Source: Dickeya solani IPO 2222 (GTDB lineage: Bacteria > Pseudomonadota > Gammaproteobacteria > Enterobacterales > Enterobacteriaceae). From it: a DNA stretch of 32,000 bases. The DNA lies in contig NZ_CP015137.1 of the NCBI RefSeq assembly GCF_001644705.1, positions 2,700,001-2,732,000 of the forward strand, given 5' to 3'. A program made the position numbers and the translations under genes. A model generated the notes under the pieces. That model ran no database searches. It saw only the letters and a program-made list of their open reading frames with translations, and was not told where the DNA came from. Within the stretch, counting starts at the first letter, position 1, and every line of letters begins with the position of its first letter. Shown piece after piece: positions 22,790-31,502 of this stretch.

Positions 22790-23824
22790 ATGACATATCC
22801 CCTGACCCCCCCTGCGCACAGTTCCTTCGAGGTGGATGACTGGATCCGTCTGGCGCGCTGCTGGCACCCGGTGGCGGTGGCGAGCGACGTCGGCCCGGCG
22901 CCGACGCAGGTTACGCTGCTGGATGAGCAACTGGTGGTGTACCGAATCGGTGACGAGATCGTGGCGGCGCGTGACATTTGCCCGCACCGCGGCGTGCCGC
23001 TCAGTATGGGATCGCCTGACGGCGAGGGCATTGTTTGCCCCTACCACGGCCTGCGCTTCGGCGCCGGCGGGCGCTGCAATCGCGTGCCGGCCAGCCCGGA
23101 TCAGCCGATTCCCGCCAAACTGCACCTGAATACCTTCGCGGCGCGCGAGCAGTATGGGCTGGTGTGGGTGTGTCTGGCGCCGCCGGACGGCATGGTGCCG
23201 GAACTGCCGACGATGCCGCACTGGCATGACGCCGGTTTCCAGCAGATTGTCTGCCCGTCGTTTGATATCGCCGGATTTGCCGGTCGCCAGATTGAAGGCT
23301 TTCTTGATGTAGCCCACTTTGCCTGGGTGCATACCGACACCTTCGCCGACCCGGATAATCAACAGGTTCCCGATTATCAACCGGTGGAAACGCCGTATGG
23401 TTTCAGCGTGGATTACGTCAGTTCGGTGTCCAATTTTGCCCGCGGTTCCGAGAGGCAGGCGCCGGAAGGGTTCGTCTGGCTGCGCCATTTCGAGATGTTC
23501 CTGCCGTTTACCGCCACACTCACCATCCATTTCCCCGATGACGGCCGGTTGGTGATCATGAATGCCGCGTCGCCGGTATCGGCGCGGCAAACCCGCCTGT
23601 TTGTGCCGATCGCCCGCAATTTCGATCTGCACATTCCGGTGGAGGACGTGCACGCCTTCAACCTGCGGGTGTTCGAGGAGGATCGGGCGATGGTGGAAAG
23701 CCAGCGACCGGAGCATCTGCCGCTGGACCTGACGCTGGAAGCGCACATTCCGGCGGATCGCAGTTCGATCGCCTACCGTCGCGGCCTGAAAAAACAGGGC
23801 TACGGCGAGTTCTTTCTGGCGTGA
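22790..23824 (+). CDS. hpxD: Rieske [2Fe-2S] non-haem-iron oxygenase subunit (HpxD-like hypoxanthine/xanthine hydroxylase component)
   Basis: It has the Rieske motif CPHRGVPLS...CPYHGLRF and a VanA/phthalate-class catalytic domain (344 aa). It sits beside hpxR, hpxE, hpxO, hpxQ and hpxT, as in the Klebsiella hpx system. Confidence 0.8.
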   Translation: MTYPLTPPAHSSFEVDDWIRLARCWHPVAVASDVGPAPTQVTLLDEQLVVYRIGDEIVAARDICPHRGVPLSMGSPDGEGIVCPYHGLRFGAGGRCNRVPASPDQPIPAKLHLNTFAAREQYGLVWVCLAPPDGMVPELPTMPHWHDAGFQQIVCPSFDIAGFAGRQIEGFLDVAHFAWVHTDTFADPDNQQVPDYQPVETPYGFSVDYVSSVSNFARGSERQAPEGFVWLRHFEMFLPFTATLTIHFPDDGRLVIMNAASPVSARQTRLFVPIARNFDLHIPVEDVHAFNLRVFEEDRAMVESQRPEHLPLDLTLEAHIPADRSSIAYRRGLKKQGYGEFFLA

Positions 23825-23841
23825 GTACGGGAGGAAAGACG

Positions 23842-24846
23842 ATGAAAACGTCGAGCGGGATCAACGCGTCGGGCGAGGTAAAAAACCTGACCGTGATTGT
23901 CGACGCCCTGTCCCGTCAGGGCGAGGGCAACGTGGCGCTGCGGCTGGTCGCGCCCGATGAACAGCCATTGCCCGCCTTCGAGGCGGGCGCGCATATCGAT
24001 GTGCATCTGCCGGGCGGCACGGTGCGCCCCTATTCGCTGGCGGGCGACCCGGCGGATCGCAGTCACTACCTGTTGTGCGTGCGGCACGATGCGGCGTCGC
24101 GCGGCGGGTCCCGTTATGTACACACTGCGTTGCGGGTGGGACAGACGCTGGCGATCTCCCCGCCGCGCAACGCATTTGCGCTGGTGCCGGCCTGCGGCTA
24201 TCTGCTGCTGGCGGGCGGGATCGGCATTACGCCGTTGCTGGCGATGGCGCATGCGCTGGAGCAGGCCGGTCAGCCGTTCGAACTGCACTATTTTGTTCGT
24301 CACCGGCGCGAACTGGCGTTTCGTGAGCAGCTTGGTCGGGGGTTCCGCCACGGCCGTTGTCAGATCTGGTGCGCCGACGAAGGGCACAGCCCGCGCCGCC
24401 GTCTGCCCGGCAGCCTGTACGACGGCGCTGAGGGCCGACGCCTGTATCTGTGCGGGCCGGCCGGGTTTATGACCCATGTAACGAACGAGGCGCTGGCTCA
24501 CCAATGGTCAGCGTCCGCCATTCACACCGAAGCGTTTTGCGCTCCGGCGCAGGCTCAGCCTGATGACGCCGACGGGCAGGCGTTTACCGTCGAACTGGCG
24601 TCCTGCGGCCGTACTTTCACCGTGCCGCCGGAGAAAACCATTGCCAGCGTCCTGCTGGAGCATGATGTGGCGGTGCCGCTGTCGTGCGAGATGGGCATCT
24701 GCGGCGCTTGCCTGACGCCGGTGCGCGACGGCATGCCGGATCACCGCGACAGCGTGCAGTCGGAGGCGGAAAAAAGCGCGCCGCAACAACAGATTGCGCT
24801 GTGCTGTTCCCGCAGCCGATCGGCACATCTGGTGATTGAATTGTAG
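23842..24846 (+). CDS. hpxE: flavin reductase / plant-type [2Fe-2S] ferredoxin fusion (HpxE-like, phthalate dioxygenase reductase family)
   Basis: The ATG at 23842 follows gggagga. The product has RPYSLAG (flavin-binding RxYS), GGIGITPLLAM (NAD-binding) and the C-terminal CEMGICGAC...C ferredoxin motif. Confidence 0.8.
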   Translation: MKTSSGINASGEVKNLTVIVDALSRQGEGNVALRLVAPDEQPLPAFEAGAHIDVHLPGGTVRPYSLAGDPADRSHYLLCVRHDAASRGGSRYVHTALRVGQTLAISPPRNAFALVPACGYLLLAGGIGITPLLAMAHALEQAGQPFELHYFVRHRRELAFREQLGRGFRHGRCQIWCADEGHSPRRRLPGSLYDGAEGRRLYLCGPAGFMTHVTNEALAHQWSASAIHTEAFCAPAQAQPDDADGQAFTVELASCGRTFTVPPEKTIASVLLEHDVAVPLSCEMGICGACLTPVRDGMPDHRDSVQSEAEKSAPQQQIALCCSRSRSAHLVIEL

Positions 24847-24912
24847 CGGTTGAAGGGCAGCGATTGACTGCCGCGGGCGGTGTGCCAACCGCGATCGTAA
24901 GGAGTAACGCGA

Positions 24913-26064
24913 ATGAAAGCGCTGGTGATGGGAGCCGGAATCGGCGGGTTGTGCGCGGCGGCGGCGCTGAAAAAAGCAGGCATCGATTGCGAGGTGTTCG
25001 AAGCGGTCACTGAAATTAAACCGGTGGGGGCGGCGATTTCGGTGTGGCCGAACGGCGTGAAGTGCATGCGGGCGCTCGGCATGGGCGACATTCTGGACCG
25101 CGGCGGCGGCCCTATGCACGACATGGCCTATCAGGACGGGCGACGGGGCGACACGCTGACCCGCTTTAGTTTACAGCCGCTGGTCGATCAGGTGGGGGAA
25201 CGCCCCTGTCCGGTGGCGCGTGCCGAATTACAGGGGCAAATGTTGGATCACTGGGGGCGCGACCGGGTTCAGTTCGGCAAGCGCGTTTGTCAGGTGGAAG
25301 AACAGGACGGCACGGTCCGCGCGACCTTTACCGATGGCACGGTGGCGCAGGGCGACCTGTTGATTGCCGCCGACGGCGCTCATTCGGCGGTGCGGCCGTA
25401 TGTGCTGGGGCATACGCCCGCGCGGCGTTACGCCGGCTACGTCAACTGGAACGGACTGGTGGCGATCGACGAAAGCATCGCGCCGGCCTGCCAGTGGACT
25501 ACTTTTGTCGGCGAAGGTAAACGGGTGTCGCTGATGCCGGTGGCGAACGGGCGGTTCTATTTCTTCTTTGATGTGCCGTTGCCCGCCGGGCTGGCGGAAG
25601 ATCGCCACAGCGCCCGTGAGGATCTGCAGCGCTATTTCGACGGCTGGTGTGCGCCGGTACAACGGCTGATCGCACAGCTTGCACCCGACGCCATCAACCG
25701 GATTGAGATCCACGACATGGACCCGGTTGAACGACTGGTACGCGGCCGGGTGGCGTTGCTGGGTGACGCCGGGCACAGCACCACGCCGGATATCGGGCAG
25801 GGCGGTTGCGCGGCGATGGAAGATGCGGTGGTGCTGGGGCAGGCATTGGCGGGGCATCATCCGATAGAGGCGGCGCTGCAGCAGTACCAACAGCAACGCC
25901 TCGAACGCGTACGCGATCTGGTGCTCAAAGCGCGCAAACGTTGCGACATTACCCACGGCGCCGTGTGGGAACAGACGCAGGCGTGGTACCAGGAACTGCG
26001 TCAGGAAACCGGCGATCGCATTATCGCCGGGTTACGCGACACTATATTGGGTGGCCCGCTTTAG
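24913..26064 (+). CDS. hpxO: FAD-dependent urate hydroxylase
   Basis: The SD aaggag precedes the start. MKALVMGAGIGGL, AISVWPNGVKCM, RYAGYVNWNGLV, WTTFVGEGKRVSLMPV, GRFYFFFDVPLPAGLAEDR, LLGDAGHSTTPDIGQGGCAAMEDAVVLG and LVLKARKRCDITHG closely match Klebsiella HpxO as I recall it. Confidence 0.9.
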   Translation: MKALVMGAGIGGLCAAAALKKAGIDCEVFEAVTEIKPVGAAISVWPNGVKCMRALGMGDILDRGGGPMHDMAYQDGRRGDTLTRFSLQPLVDQVGERPCPVARAELQGQMLDHWGRDRVQFGKRVCQVEEQDGTVRATFTDGTVAQGDLLIAADGAHSAVRPYVLGHTPARRYAGYVNWNGLVAIDESIAPACQWTTFVGEGKRVSLMPVANGRFYFFFDVPLPAGLAEDRHSAREDLQRYFDGWCAPVQRLIAQLAPDAINRIEIHDMDPVERLVRGRVALLGDAGHSTTPDIGQGGCAAMEDAVVLGQALAGHHPIEAALQQYQQQRLERVRDLVLKARKRCDITHGAVWEQTQAWYQELRQETGDRIIAGLRDTILGGPL

Positions 26065-26110
26065 GCGGCCCGCTGGGGTAGACCGGGCCAGGCAGGAAAG
26101 CATCATCGGT

Positions 26111-28468
26111 TCAGGCGTGCGCCGCGGTGCCGGCGACTGGCGCCTGACGCAGCAGCCGCAGGCCATTGCCCACTACCAGCAGGCTGGCGCCGACATCGGC
26201 GAACACCGCCATCCACATGGTGCCCATACCCAGCAAGGTGAGCGTCAGGAACAGCGCCTTGATGCCGAGCGCCAGCACGATGTTCTGGATCAGGATGGCG
26301 CGGGTGGCTTTGGAAATGCGCACAAATTCCGGGATCTTGCGCAAGTCGTCGTTCATCAGCGCCACATCGGCGGTTTCAATCGCGCTGTCGGTGCCCATCG
26401 CTCCCATGGCGAAACCGATATCCGCGCGCGCCAGCGCCGGGGTGTCGTTGATGCCGTCGCCCACCATGCCGATCACGCCCTGCGATGACAGCCGTTCAAT
26501 CTGCGACAGCTTGTCTTCCGGCAACAGGTTGCCGCGCGCTTCATCAATTCCCACATCGCGGGCGATAGCCTGCGCCACGTGCTGGTTGTCGCCGGTGAGC
26601 ATCAGGGTTTTAATGCCGGCCTGATGCAGCGCGTTGATCGCTTCCTGACTGGAAGGTTTCACCGTGTCGGCCACCGTCATCAGCGCCAGAATCTGCCGCT
26701 CGTCGCCCAGAATGATCGCGGTGTTGCCCGCCTGCTCCAGTGCGGTCAGCCGCTCGCTAATGTCGGTGGTCGCGTCGCCCAGCCACAGTCTGGCCAGCCG
26801 CTGGTTGCCGAGGAAATAGCGCTGTCCCTGTAAGGTGCCGATGACGCCCTGTCCGGCGACGGCGCTGAAATCGTCGACGTCGATCAACGGCGTGCCGGCT
26901 TGTTGCGCCGCTCTCGCCACCGCCTGCGATACCGGGTGGTCGGAACGGCTGGCCAGGCTGGCGGCCAGTTGTCGGCAGCGGGCGTCGTCAACGTCGGCGA
27001 CCGGTTCAAAGCCGGTCTGTACCGGTTTGCCGTGGGTCAGGGTGCCAGTCTTGTCCAGCGCCAGCCAGGAGAGGGCGTGGCCTTTTTCCAGAAACACCCC
27101 GCCTTTGATCAGAATGCCGCGCCGCGCCGCCGCCGCCAGCCCGCTGACGATGGTCACCGGGGTGGAAATCACCAGCGCGCACGGACAGGCGATCACCAAC
27201 AGCACCAACGCTTTGTAGGTCCAGTCCAGCCAGTCGCCATCGGCGAACAGCGGCGGCAGCACCGCCACCAGCAGCGCCCCCAGAAACACCAGCGGGGTGT
27301 AGATACGGGCAAACCGGTCGACAAACCGCTGCGTCGGCGCTTTGGTTCCCTGCGCCTGTTCCACCGCGTGAATGATGCGCGCCAGCGTGGTGTTGGCCGC
27401 CGCTGCCGTCACCCGATATTCAAACGAGCCGCTTTCATTGATGGTGCCGGCAAACACGCTGTCGCCGACACGTTTATCCACCGGCAGGCTTTCCCCGGTA
27501 ATCGGCGCCTGATTGACGGCGGAGTGGCCGCTGGTGATTTCGCCATCCAGCGCGATACGTTCGCCGGGGCGCACCCGCACGATGCTGCCCGACGTAACGG
27601 TTTTGGCTTCCACTTCGCGCCAGTCGCCATCCGGCTGCTGTACGGTGGCGGTGTCCGGCGCCAGATTCATCAGCCCGGCGATGGCGTTGCGGGCGCGATC
27701 CAGCGAGCGCGCCTCAATGTGCTCGGCGAGGGTAAACAGCACCATCACCATCGCCGCTTCCGGCCATTGTTGCAGGATAAGCGCGCCGGTTACCGCGATG
27801 CTCATCAGCGCGTTGATGTTCAGGTTGCCGGTACGAAGGGCAATCCAGCCTTTGCGGTAGGTGGTCAGCCCGCTGGCCGCCACGGCGAGAATCGCCAGCA
27901 CCGCGGCCCACCACTCGGGCAGACCGGTCCATTCCACGGCTTCCGCGGCGGCGGCGGCCACCACCGCCAGCCCCAGCGGCCACCAGGATTTTTTCGGCTC
28001 CGGCGGCAGGGGCGTACGGTCGTTTTCGGTGCGGGCTTCGGGCTCAAAACCTAACGAGCGGATCGCGGCCAGCACCTTGTCCAGCGCGTCGTAGCGGTGG
28101 GTGACGGTCATCACCCGTTGCATCAGGTTGAACTCCAGCGCGCTCACTTCCGGCAGGGTGTCGAGTTTTTTGCGCAGCATCGTTTCTTCGGTCGGGCAGT
28201 CCATCTGCATGATGCGGATCGGCGTGCGTTGCTGGTCGCCGGTGCGCTCTGCACCCGTCAGCGCGGAGGTCGGCTGGGGCGGCGCCGAATTGTCGCAGCA
28301 ATGATTGGCGCACGATTGCCCGCTTTGCTGAGCGAGCGCGGCATTGGGCGCCGTCTGGCCCAGCCCGGCGTGCCCCTGCTGGTGTGGCCGGAACAGGGCC
28401 TTGCCCGGTTTTTCCAGCGCAACGGGCTGGAACTGACGGCGAGAAGTGGGTAAATGTTTCTCTGACAT
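26111..28468 (-). CDS. zntA: heavy-metal (Zn/Cd/Pb) translocating P1B-type ATPase, ZntA/CadA-like
   Basis: The 785-aa protein has an N-terminal Cys-rich stretch (SCANHCCDNS), an HMA domain with MDCPTEE, the TM CPC motif, DKTGTLT, and GDGINDTPAL followed by MGAMGTD. The SD aggaa precedes the ATG at 28468. Confidence 0.95.
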   Translation of the reverse strand: MSEKHLPTSRRQFQPVALEKPGKALFRPHQQGHAGLGQTAPNAALAQQSGQSCANHCCDNSAPPQPTSALTGAERTGDQQRTPIRIMQMDCPTEETMLRKKLDTLPEVSALEFNLMQRVMTVTHRYDALDKVLAAIRSLGFEPEARTENDRTPLPPEPKKSWWPLGLAVVAAAAAEAVEWTGLPEWWAAVLAILAVAASGLTTYRKGWIALRTGNLNINALMSIAVTGALILQQWPEAAMVMVLFTLAEHIEARSLDRARNAIAGLMNLAPDTATVQQPDGDWREVEAKTVTSGSIVRVRPGERIALDGEITSGHSAVNQAPITGESLPVDKRVGDSVFAGTINESGSFEYRVTAAAANTTLARIIHAVEQAQGTKAPTQRFVDRFARIYTPLVFLGALLVAVLPPLFADGDWLDWTYKALVLLVIACPCALVISTPVTIVSGLAAAARRGILIKGGVFLEKGHALSWLALDKTGTLTHGKPVQTGFEPVADVDDARCRQLAASLASRSDHPVSQAVARAAQQAGTPLIDVDDFSAVAGQGVIGTLQGQRYFLGNQRLARLWLGDATTDISERLTALEQAGNTAIILGDERQILALMTVADTVKPSSQEAINALHQAGIKTLMLTGDNQHVAQAIARDVGIDEARGNLLPEDKLSQIERLSSQGVIGMVGDGINDTPALARADIGFAMGAMGTDSAIETADVALMNDDLRKIPEFVRISKATRAILIQNIVLALGIKALFLTLTLLGMGTMWMAVFADVGASLLVVGNGLRLLRQAPVAGTAAHA

Positions 28469-28496
28469 GGTTGATTCCTGTTCGGGGTTTTGCTGT

Positions 28497-28527
28497 AGTA
28501 AAAACCCTGTAGCAACTACAGGGTCAA
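28497..28527 (-). promoter_or_regulatory. MerR-type promoter/operator of the ATPase gene
   Basis: A perfect inverted repeat ACCCTGTAG-caa-CTACAGGGT (28504-28524) lies between the minus-strand -35 TTGACC (28527-28522) and the -10 TTTACT (28502-28497). The 19-bp spacer is the over-long spacing characteristic of MerR-family activation, and the repeat resembles the CadR/ZntR operator. Confidence 0.8.
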
Positions 28528-28538
28528 GGGGGAATTAC

Positions 28539-28970
28539 ATGAAAATCGGCGATCTGGCGAAAGCGACCAACACCACACCGGAAACCATTCGTTTTTATGA
28601 GAAGAAAGGGCTATTGCCCGAACCGGAACGAACCGAAGGGAACTACCGTCACTATTATCAGTTTCATGTTGATCGGCTGCGGTTTATCCGCAACTGCCGC
28701 TCGCTGGACATGAACCATGATGAGATCCGCGCCCTGATTGCGCTAAGCGAGCAACCGGCCGCCAGCTGCGAGGGGGTGAACCTGTTGCTGAATGAACATC
28801 TGGGACACGTGGAGGCGCGCATCGCCGAGTTGCAGCAACTGAAAGCGCAACTGATGCACATCAGCCAACGCTGCCAGGTCACGCAGACGGTGGACGGTTG
28901 CGGCATCCTGCACGGTTTGTCGGCGTTGGAACTGGAGGAAAGCGGCAGCGGTCATACGCATTTGGGGTGA
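28539..28970 (+). CDS. cadR: MerR-family Cd(II)/Pb(II)/Zn(II)-responsive regulator, CadR-like
   Basis: The ATG is at 28539. MKIGDLAKATNTTPETIRFYEKKGLLPEPERTEGNYRHYYQFHVDRLRFIRNCRSLDM closely follows the P. putida CadR pattern. Metal-binding Cys are at SC..., ...RC and ...GC, and the tail is His-rich (GSGHTHLG). Confidence 0.9.
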   Translation: MKIGDLAKATNTTPETIRFYEKKGLLPEPERTEGNYRHYYQFHVDRLRFIRNCRSLDMNHDEIRALIALSEQPAASCEGVNLLLNEHLGHVEARIAELQQLKAQLMHISQRCQVTQTVDGCGILHGLSALELEESGSGHTHLG

Positions 28971-28999
28971 GCGTATCTGCTGCGCGTGCGTTGGCCGGG

Positions 29000-30022
29000 C
29001 TAGGCCGACTCCCGCTCGATAAGCTGAAAGCCGATGTCGACAATGGCGTCGTTGTGCGCATCCCCGGCGATGCTGTCCGCCAGTAAAGTCGCCGCCCGGC
29101 GGCCCATCTCCCGTCTGTCGATACCGACCGTGGTGAGGGCGGGCCGGTTGCTGGCGGCAAAATCCAGATCGCCGAACCCCATCACCGCCAGATCCTGCGG
29201 AACACGCAGGCCGCGGCTTTCCGCTTCCATGATCGCGCCCTGCGCCAGCGTGTCCGAGCTGCAGACGACCACATCAGGTTGGTTCTGCTCAAGCAACTGG
29301 CTTACCCCCTGCCGGCCAAATGCCAGTGTGGCCGGCAGGGGCGCGTCGATGCAGGCCGGCTGGGGAACGCCGTAGCCGGACAGCGCTTCGCACAAACCGG
29401 TTTTGCGCCGCGCGGCGCGCGGGTCCGCCGTCCAGATCAGGCCTGGGCGCTGATACCCTTTACGGCGGATATACTCTGCGATCGCCAGCCCGACTTTTTC
29501 ATGTGAAAACCCCACCAGCATATCCAGCGGCGTTGGCGTGAGATCCCAGATTTCCACCACGGGAACCGCGGCATTCAAAATGATTTTTTTGAGCGCAGGC
29601 GAGTGATGGATTCCGGTCAGCACTACGCCGTCAGGACGGCGCGACAGCAGCGTCGCCACCAGTTCTTCCTCGGCCTGCTGCGTGTATCCCGCTACACAAA
29701 GCAGCATGTGATACCCGCGTCGCGCCAGTTCATCGCTGATGGCCTGAATGGTATCGACAAACATGTTGTTATTGATTTGCGGCACCACAACGGCAATCAG
29801 TTTACTGCGTCGGGAAGCCAGCCCGCCTGCCAGTGCGTTAGGAATATACCCAGTGGCGCGCACCGCTTCCTGCACCTTTTCAATGGTTTTGGCGCGCACC
29901 AGCGTGGGGGTGTTGAGCGCACGGCTGACCGTCATGGAAGAGAGCCCCGCCGTCCGGGCGACGTCATCCAGCGTTGGCGCGCGCGCGGCGGCGGCATGTC
30001 GCGTTGTTTTTTTGGTACTCAC
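29000..30022 (-). CDS. LacI-family transcriptional repressor (GntR/IdnR-like subgroup)
   Basis: The start is GTG at 30022. The HTH is TLDDVARTAGLSSMTVSRALN and YIPNALAGGLASRRSKLIAVVVP leads into a periplasmic-binding-protein-like sugar-binding core. Confidence 0.9.
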   Translation of the reverse strand: MSTKKTTRHAAAARAPTLDDVARTAGLSSMTVSRALNTPTLVRAKTIEKVQEAVRATGYIPNALAGGLASRRSKLIAVVVPQINNNMFVDTIQAISDELARRGYHMLLCVAGYTQQAEEELVATLLSRRPDGVVLTGIHHSPALKKIILNAAVPVVEIWDLTPTPLDMLVGFSHEKVGLAIAEYIRRKGYQRPGLIWTADPRAARRKTGLCEALSGYGVPQPACIDAPLPATLAFGRQGVSQLLEQNQPDVVVCSSDTLAQGAIMEAESRGLRVPQDLAVMGFGDLDFAASNRPALTTVGIDRREMGRRAATLLADSIAGDAHNDAIVDIGFQLIERESA

Positions 30023-30264
30023 CGTGAGCCTGGCCCTTGTGTCATCTGGTGGCGTCCGTTTCGTGGATTATTGGTGAAGCCGGATCTTTTTTCCAGCATG
30101 GCGCGGCGGTGCGCGCGTGGTGAACTCTGCATCTGATATTACGCGGAAAGGCTTCATGTTGGCGCTATCATTTTATTGTGCAACTCGCCAAAAATATCCG
30201 GATTGTGATCGTTTGTACAAAATAGATTCAATGTAATGGTGCTTTATCGGTATCTTCGTTATTT

Positions 30265-30280
30265 ATGTTAGCGCAAACAT
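30265..30280. promoter_or_regulatory. LacI-family operator candidate
   Basis: ATGTTAGCGCAAACAT is a 16-bp near-palindrome (14/16 symmetric) of the TGTTAnCGnTAACA type used by GntR-like LacI repressors. It lies 23 nt upstream of the dehydratase ATG. Confidence 0.5.
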
Positions 30281-30302
30281 TTTACCTGATGAGGGCCATG
30301 CT

Positions 30303-31502
30303 ATGTCGTTAAGCGCAAATTCAGATGCCGTTTCCTATGCCAGCGTTACCGGCGCCAAAACCGCGGCGGAAACCGGTGACCGTATTGAGTGGGTTAAATT
30401 GTCGCTGGCGTTGCTGCCGCTGGCTACGCCGGTGAGCGACGCCAAAGTACTGACCGGGCGCCAGAAACCCCTGACCGAAGTGGCGATTATTATTGCGGAA
30501 ATTCGCTCCCGTGATGGGTTTGAAGGCGTGGGCTTCAGTTACTCCAAGCGTGCGGGCGGTCAGGGGATTTACGCGCATGCGAAAGAGATTGCCGATAATC
30601 TGCTGGGGGAAGACCCGAACGATATCGATAAAATCTACAGCAAACTGCTGTGGGCCGGCGCCTCGGTGGGGCGCAGCGGCATGGCCGTGCAGGCCATCTC
30701 TCCTTTCGACATTGCGCTCTGGGATATGAAGGCCAGGCGTGCGGGGTTGCCGCTGGCGAAATTACTGGGTGCGCACCGGGATTCGGTCCAATGCTACAAC
30801 ACCTCCGGCGGCTTTTTGCATACCCCGCTGGAGCAGGTGTTGAAGAACGTCGCTTTCTCGCGGGAAAACGGTATTGGCGGCATCAAACTGAAAGTCGGAC
30901 AGCCCAACACTGCGGAGGATATTCGCCGTCTGACCGCGGTCCGCGAGGCGCTGGGCGAAGATTTCCCGTTAATGGTGGACGCCAACCAGCAGTGGGACCG
31001 GGAAACCGCGATCCGCATGGGGCGCAAAATGGAAGCCTTTAATCTGATTTGGATCGAAGAGCCGCTGGACGCCTACGATGTGGAAGGTCACGCGCAGCTG
31101 GCTGCCGCTCTCGACACGCCGATTGCCACCGGAGAAATGCTCACCAGTTTCCGGGAGCATGAACAGTTGATTCTGGGCAATGCCAGCGATGTTGTGCAGC
31201 CGGATGCGCCGCGCGTGGGTGGGATTTCACCGTTCCTGAAGATCATGGATTTGGCGGCCAAACACGGCCGCAAACTGGCGCCGCATTTTGCCATGGAGGT
31301 GCATTTGCATCTGGCCGCCGCTTACCCGCTGGAACCCTGGCTGGAGCATTTTGAATGGCTCAACCCACTGTTTAACGAGCAGCTTGAACTGCGCGACGGG
31401 CGCATGTGGGTGTCGGATCGTCATGGTCTGGGCTTTACCCTGAGCGAGCAGGCCCGTAAGTGGACGCAACTGAGCTGTGAATGTAGCAAATACGCCGGGT
31501 AG
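30303..31502 (+). CDS. enolase-superfamily (mandelate racemase subgroup) acid-sugar dehydratase, L-talarate/galactarate dehydratase-like
   Basis: The 399-aa product has IKLKVG, MVDANQQWD, IWIEEPL, IATGE, DVVQPD and APHF, the metal ligands and catalytic residues of the MR subgroup. Over most of its length it is close to the Salmonella talarate/galactarate dehydratase sequence as I recall it. Confidence 0.8.
   Translation: MSLSANSDAVSYASVTGAKTAAETGDRIEWVKLSLALLPLATPVSDAKVLTGRQKPLTEVAIIIAEIRSRDGFEGVGFSYSKRAGGQGIYAHAKEIADNLLGEDPNDIDKIYSKLLWAGASVGRSGMAVQAISPFDIALWDMKARRAGLPLAKLLGAHRDSVQCYNTSGGFLHTPLEQVLKNVAFSRENGIGGIKLKVGQPNTAEDIRRLTAVREALGEDFPLMVDANQQWDRETAIRMGRKMEAFNLIWIEEPLDAYDVEGHAQLAAALDTPIATGEMLTSFREHEQLILGNASDVVQPDAPRVGGISPFLKIMDLAAKHGRKLAPHFAMEVHLHLAAAYPLEPWLEHFEWLNPLFNEQLELRDGRMWVSDRHGLGFTLSEQARKWTQLSCECSKYAG

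Noticed and set aside
21700-23031. The 443-aa version of the LysR ORF. The same issue affects other maximal ORFs in the track with long N-terminal extensions: 3256 osmY, 3945 ytjA, 9870..10382 FlhE-like, 13124..13423 small protein, 16168 ahpC and 28446 cadR.
   Set aside because: The extensions lack homology, often start at GTG/TTG, cross divergent promoters or repeats, and have no SD. In each case an internal ATG with a good SD reproduces the known family N-terminus.
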